Below are positions 60,468-64,000 of a stretch of DNA of 64,000 nt, piece by piece. Made by a program: the position numbers and the translations under genes. The DNA is from Nannocystales bacterium. GTDB lineage: Bacteria; Myxococcota_A; Polyangia; Nannocystales; Nannocystaceae. The notes under the pieces are model-generated. The model was not told the DNA's origin, made no database searches, and was given only the letters and a program-made list of their open reading frames with translations. Every line of letters starts with the position of its first letter. Positions within the stretch are counted from its first letter, which is position 1. The DNA lies in NCBI GenBank assembly GCA_050633305.1, contig JBOEGF010000032.1, positions 224,001 to 288,000 of the forward strand. Reading direction: 5' to 3'.

Positions 60468-61129
60468 TCGGTCGCGGGGGATTCGAGATCGTCGGGGTGG
60501 TGCACCGGCGGCGATTTTTCCCGGAGGAAGTTGAGGTACGCGATCAGCGAGGGCAACTCGAGGGCAGGCATCGAGTCGATGAGCTCGCGGGCTTGGCGAC
60601 GCAGCGCCTCCGTTGGTCCCTCGCCCCGAGTCCCGGTGGGTTTCTCCAACGGGATGTCGGGCTCTTGCGGTTGGTCGGGGTCGCCCCACGGCGGCTCCTC
60701 CCCAAGCTCGAAGTCGTGCGCGGTGAGCCACCCATTGATGTAGATGTGCAGCAGGTTGGATCGGTATTGGAACCACCGGTCCCGCTCGACGGGGTAGGAC
60801 AGCAACACGTCCTTGAAGCGGCGAAACGCGCCCTTACCGTCGATTGCCAACACCAGACGCTCGGAGAGCGAAGGGTCTTCGACCGACTGAACGAAGCGCT
60901 CCATCCACCGGTACTGCTCCCGCGAAGACGCGGGATCGAGATGCACGTACCGCCCGGTGGTGGTGCGGATCTGCCGGCGCTTTTCGTCGTCCTCGGGACG
61001 CGAGTCCACGATGGTCAGCACTTGGCCGGTGTGAAGGTCGAGATAACTGTGAGTTTCGGGGGCGTTGTGCTCGAAAGCAGTTTCCAAGGCCGGCCAATCC
61101 GGCTTGGACGCAGTGGGTGAGACTCGCAT
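60464..61129 (-). CDS. UPF0158 family protein
   Basis: YLDLHTGQV, YRWMERFV, AIDGKGAFRRFKDVL...W; RBS AGGAG. Confidence 0.88.
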   Translation of the reverse strand: MRVSPTASKPDWPALETAFEHNAPETHSYLDLHTGQVLTIVDSRPEDDEKRRQIRTTTGRYVHLDPASSREQYRWMERFVQSVEDPSLSERLVLAIDGKGAFRRFKDVLLSYPVERDRWFQYRSNLLHIYINGWLTAHDFELGEEPPWGDPDQPQEPDIPLEKPTGTRGEGPTEALRRQARELIDSMPALELPSLIAYLNFLREKSPPVHHPDDLESPATE

Positions 61130-61275
61130 GGAGCGCTCCTAGGTTTTTAGCCATCCGCAGGGTTCGCCCGGGCCTGGTCAGGGCTCGAGTCCGGTGGTCA
61201 GCCGGGCTGTGGACGGGGTCGATGAACAAGTACAGCTTTTGAATGAGGCACCTGGGTAGGGTGCCGGGTGCAACC

Positions 61276-61305
61276 ATTCTAGTCCGCCGCGCCAGTCCCC
61301 GGCAA
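61276..61305 (-). promoter_or_regulatory. Putative sigma70 promoter TTGCCG-N18-TAGAAT for the UPF0158 operon
   Basis: Reverse complement of cggcaa (61300-61305) and attcta (61276-61281). Confidence 0.35.
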
Positions 61306-61403
61306 GCACGACCGGCGCGGGCCATCGTCTCGCCCCATTCGACGGGTGTGTACATCCGTCGAGTGCGAGCCGAAACGCGCCCCCGGCTCGGGATGAGACC
61401 GCG

Positions 61404-62801
61404 CTAACTCGGGGGCGTGCGGAGCCGGCGGGCGACGCTCGCGAGCGCCCGGCGGAGCGCCAGAACGCCGATACCGCCCCGTTCGAGCCGTTGCACCAAC
61501 CCATTGAGCTGGGCTGCGAGCACCCGATCCCGGGCCTCATCGGCGACCACGAGGACGACCGATTCTTCGGGGACCTCGTCCGAGGGGCTCGGTCGCGGCG
61601 AACCCGGAGCTTCTGGCAGTGCCTCCGGCGATGGCTCCATCTGCGCGGCGGAGGCCGATTCCTGCGCGGAGATGCCCGCTTCAAAGTCACCGGAGATCGG
61701 TGCCTGGGAGGGCGGCGGGAGCATGGAGAGCCGGGCCACCTCGGCTTCGAGGTCCTCGACGGGTCTCGCCACGGCCTTGCTGAGTTGGTGCTCGAGACCC
61801 GTGACCTTCCACTTCAAGGCCTGCTCCCGCGCCATCGAAGCCTCGAGCGCCTCGTCCCGGGCCAGCGCGTCGAAGGGGTCGGGGCCCGCTTCGACGGCCT
61901 CGCGAAGCTCCCGATTCTCGCGCTGCAGGGCGTCGAGGCGATCGAGCAACCGCTGCTGTTCGACCTCCGACCGCTGTGCCCGCTGCTGGGCGGAGTGCAG
62001 CTGCGCCCGCAACCCCGACGGCTGGCCCGACGCGGCGGGGGGAAGCTCGATGAGGCCGAGGCCCTCGGGCAGCGGTGCGGCAGAGCACACGCCGATCAGC
62101 TCGTCGATCGGAGGTTCCTGCGCCCCAAGGCTGTTGTCGAAGTACAGCGGAACGTCTTGCTCTTCATCGTCGTCGCGAAGCTCGCTCGGACGAACGCTGA
62201 TCGTGATCTCCAGGTCCGCCTCGGCGCCATCGATCTCGAGTGACTCGCCGAAGTCGACGATCGCGGCCATCGGTGGGCGGTACAAGCCGAAGATTCGCTG
62301 CGTGCAGCCGCGGGTCCCAAGCTGCTCGAGCATCGCCTCGGCGAGGTCTTCGTAGCCGAGGCCCTCGTCTCCCGAAGCACCCCACAACACGATGCTTCGC
62401 GCGATGCTGGGTTTGAGGTTCAACCCCGCGATCGCATCGAGTGCTTCGTTGTCGTGGCTCCCCGATCGCGGCGCGGCGTCGAGATCGATCAGCGCGACCT
62501 CCCAAGCATCCTGACTGAGGACCTCGGCGAGACGCGAGCGCGCGACGAAGCTCGTCCCGGGGCGAAGCCGACTCAAGCGTGCGGCGACCGAGTCGTCGGA
62601 GACCCCAACCCACACCGATGCATCATCGCCGGGCCGGGCCGGGAGCAGCGCGTCCACGAGTTCACGCAGCGACTCCGCGTCTTCGCCGACGGGAATTCCC
62701 GACAGCAACGCGTCTTCGAGCGCCGGGTCGAGGACCACGCGGGCTCTCGAACGCCAGAGATCCTCCGAGAAGGCATAGCGGGCAGCCCAGCGCAGGCTCA
62801 T
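61404..62801 (-). CDS. Hypothetical protein with C-terminal coiled coil
   Basis: Long ORF with coding-like composition; coiled coil LRAQLHSAQQRAQRSE...; divergent from prfA. Confidence 0.6.
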   Translation of the reverse strand: MSLRWAARYAFSEDLWRSRARVVLDPALEDALLSGIPVGEDAESLRELVDALLPARPGDDASVWVGVSDDSVAARLSRLRPGTSFVARSRLAEVLSQDAWEVALIDLDAAPRSGSHDNEALDAIAGLNLKPSIARSIVLWGASGDEGLGYEDLAEAMLEQLGTRGCTQRIFGLYRPPMAAIVDFGESLEIDGAEADLEITISVRPSELRDDDEEQDVPLYFDNSLGAQEPPIDELIGVCSAAPLPEGLGLIELPPAASGQPSGLRAQLHSAQQRAQRSEVEQQRLLDRLDALQRENRELREAVEAGPDPFDALARDEALEASMAREQALKWKVTGLEHQLSKAVARPVEDLEAEVARLSMLPPPSQAPISGDFEAGISAQESASAAQMEPSPEALPEAPGSPRPSPSDEVPEESVVLVVADEARDRVLAAQLNGLVQRLERGGIGVLALRRALASVARRLRTPPS

Positions 62802-62914
62802 CGCCGCGAGTCTTATCCCGCCCTGGTGCCGGCCGCAATGACCGGCGCCCTTGTTTCGTCTACACTGCGCGCTTTGGGTAAGGCCCTGTGGGCCGCGCAA
62901 GCCCGAGGAACCCC

Positions 62915-64000
62915 ATGGAAGCCTCCATCCGCGCCAAGCTCGAGACCCTCAGCGAGCGATACGAAGAACTCGGCGACATGCTGTGTGACCCCGAAATTAC
63001 GGGGAACAAGAACGAGTTTCTCAAACTCTCGCGCGAACACGCCGAGATCAAGCCCGTCGTCGACGCCTGGACTCAGTTCCAGGAGCTTCACACCGCCCTC
63101 GAAGAGGCCCGGGAGCTTCTGGACGATCCCGACATGAAGGAGCTCGCCCAGGACGACATCGGACGGCTCCAAGGCGAGCTGGCTGAACTCGAGGTCAGCC
63201 TACAAAAGCTCCTGCTGCCGAAGGACCCCAACGACTCCAAGAACGTCATCTTGGAGATCCGCGGCGGGACGGGCGGCGAAGAAGCTGCGCTGTTCGCAGG
63301 CGACCTGTGGCGCATGTACTCCCGTTTCGCCGAGCGGCGGGGCTGGAAGCTCACGCCGATGTCGATGAACGAAGCCGACGCCGGGGGACTCAAGGAGGTC
63401 AGCGGGTTGCTCGAGGGTAAGGACGTGTACGCGATGCTCAAGTTCGAGAGTGGCGTGCACCGCGTCCAGCGCGTCCCCGCCACCGAATCCCAAGGCCGCA
63501 TCCACACCTCGGCCGCGACCGTCGCGATCATGCCGGAGGCCGAGGAGATCGATTTCGAGATCCGCGACGCCGACATCAAGTTCGAGAAGATGCGGGCCTC
63601 GGGCGCAGGTGGGCAACACGTCAACACCACCGACTCCAAGGTCCGGCTGACCCACATCCCAACCGGTCTCGCCGTCGAATCGCAGCAAGAGAAGTCGCAG
63701 ACCAAGAACCGCGACATCGCGATGGCGCTTCTGCGCTCGCGCCTGCTCGACCGCGAGATCCAAAAGGCCGAGAAGGCCCGCTCCGCCGAGCGTAAGTCGC
63801 AGGTCGGCAGCGGTGATCGCTCGGAGAAGATCCGGACCTACAACTACCCGCAGGACCGTGTGAGCGACCACCGCATCAAGCTCACGCGCCACAACCTGGA
63901 CGGCTTCATGGACGGCGACATCGAGGATGTCATCCAAGCGTTGCGTGCGCACGACGAGGCCGAGCGACTCAACGACCTCGAGCGGCGCGACGACGACGAC
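62915..64000 (+). CDS. prfA: Peptide chain release factor 1 (runs off the window end; absent from the ORF track)
   Basis: ATG 62915; LEIRGGTGGEEAALF, ESGVHRVQRVPATESQGRIHTS (PxT is RF1-type), GAGGQHVN, GDRSEKIRTYNYPQ. Confidence 0.97.
   Translation, partial: MEASIRAKLETLSERYEELGDMLCDPEITGNKNEFLKLSREHAEIKPVVDAWTQFQELHTALEEARELLDDPDMKELAQDDIGRLQGELAELEVSLQKLLLPKDPNDSKNVILEIRGGTGGEEAALFAGDLWRMYSRFAERRGWKLTPMSMNEADAGGLKEVSGLLEGKDVYAMLKFESGVHRVQRVPATESQGRIHTSAATVAIMPEAEEIDFEIRDADIKFEKMRASGAGGQHVNTTDSKVRLTHIPTGLAVESQQEKSQTKNRDIAMALLRSRLLDREIQKAEKARSAERKSQVGSGDRSEKIRTYNYPQDRVSDHRIKLTRHNLDGFMDGDIEDVIQALRAHDEAERLNDLERRDDDD

Noticed and set aside
61130..61400. 6S RNA, tRNA or a known riboswitch
   Set aside because: I could not recognise a cloverleaf, a long rod with central bubble, or an aptamer consensus. 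Kept only as a possible leader.
62915..64000. prfB with a programmed frameshift
   Set aside because: The PAT (PxT) motif and a continuous reading frame identify RF1; there is no CTTTGA shift site.

Overview
High-GC chromosomal window, probably from a myxobacterium (Myxococcota, Nannocystis/Plesiocystis-like). This is inferred from the Pro-rich Ser/Thr kinases, FHA proteins, Cys-rich lipoproteins and an Eps-like export locus. I can support about 50 CDSs. In order: a Wzx/Wzy-type polysaccharide export region (GH-A hydrolase, Ser/Thr kinase, priming glycosyltransferase, FHA-fused co-polymerase, beta-barrel, short OPX, PilZ, rmlBACD); an FHA-hybrid kinase/small lipoprotein/di-heme protein unit; ppk1-ppk2; an ECF sigma/anti-sigma pair; a MoxR-DUF58-VWA operon; xdhAB; mtaB coupled to a type III mod and a shortened res; putP; an M28 peptidase; a DsbA-family gene; an FGE-domain protein; a kinase-S1 pair; a RegB/RegA-like module; thpR, a PspC-domain gene, panD, DUF429, UPF0158 and a partial prfA. 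I saw no rRNA, tRNA, CRISPR array or IS element. The four strongest observations are: (1) a selenoprotein hidden from the ORF track, a DsbA-family lipoprotein with in-frame UGA in U-P-F-C and a SECIS-like hairpin 11 nt downstream; (2) a Wzc-like co-polymerase carrying an FHA domain and no tyrosine kinase, next to a Ser/Thr kinase; (3) two tandem GCGAC-N5-GTCGC RegA/RegR-type boxes linking a His-loop RegB/RegA pair to a divergent di-heme cytochrome plus His-tipped beta-barrel; (4) a streamlined type III Res with no nuclease domain. All family assignments come from motif recognition by eye; no database search was run.
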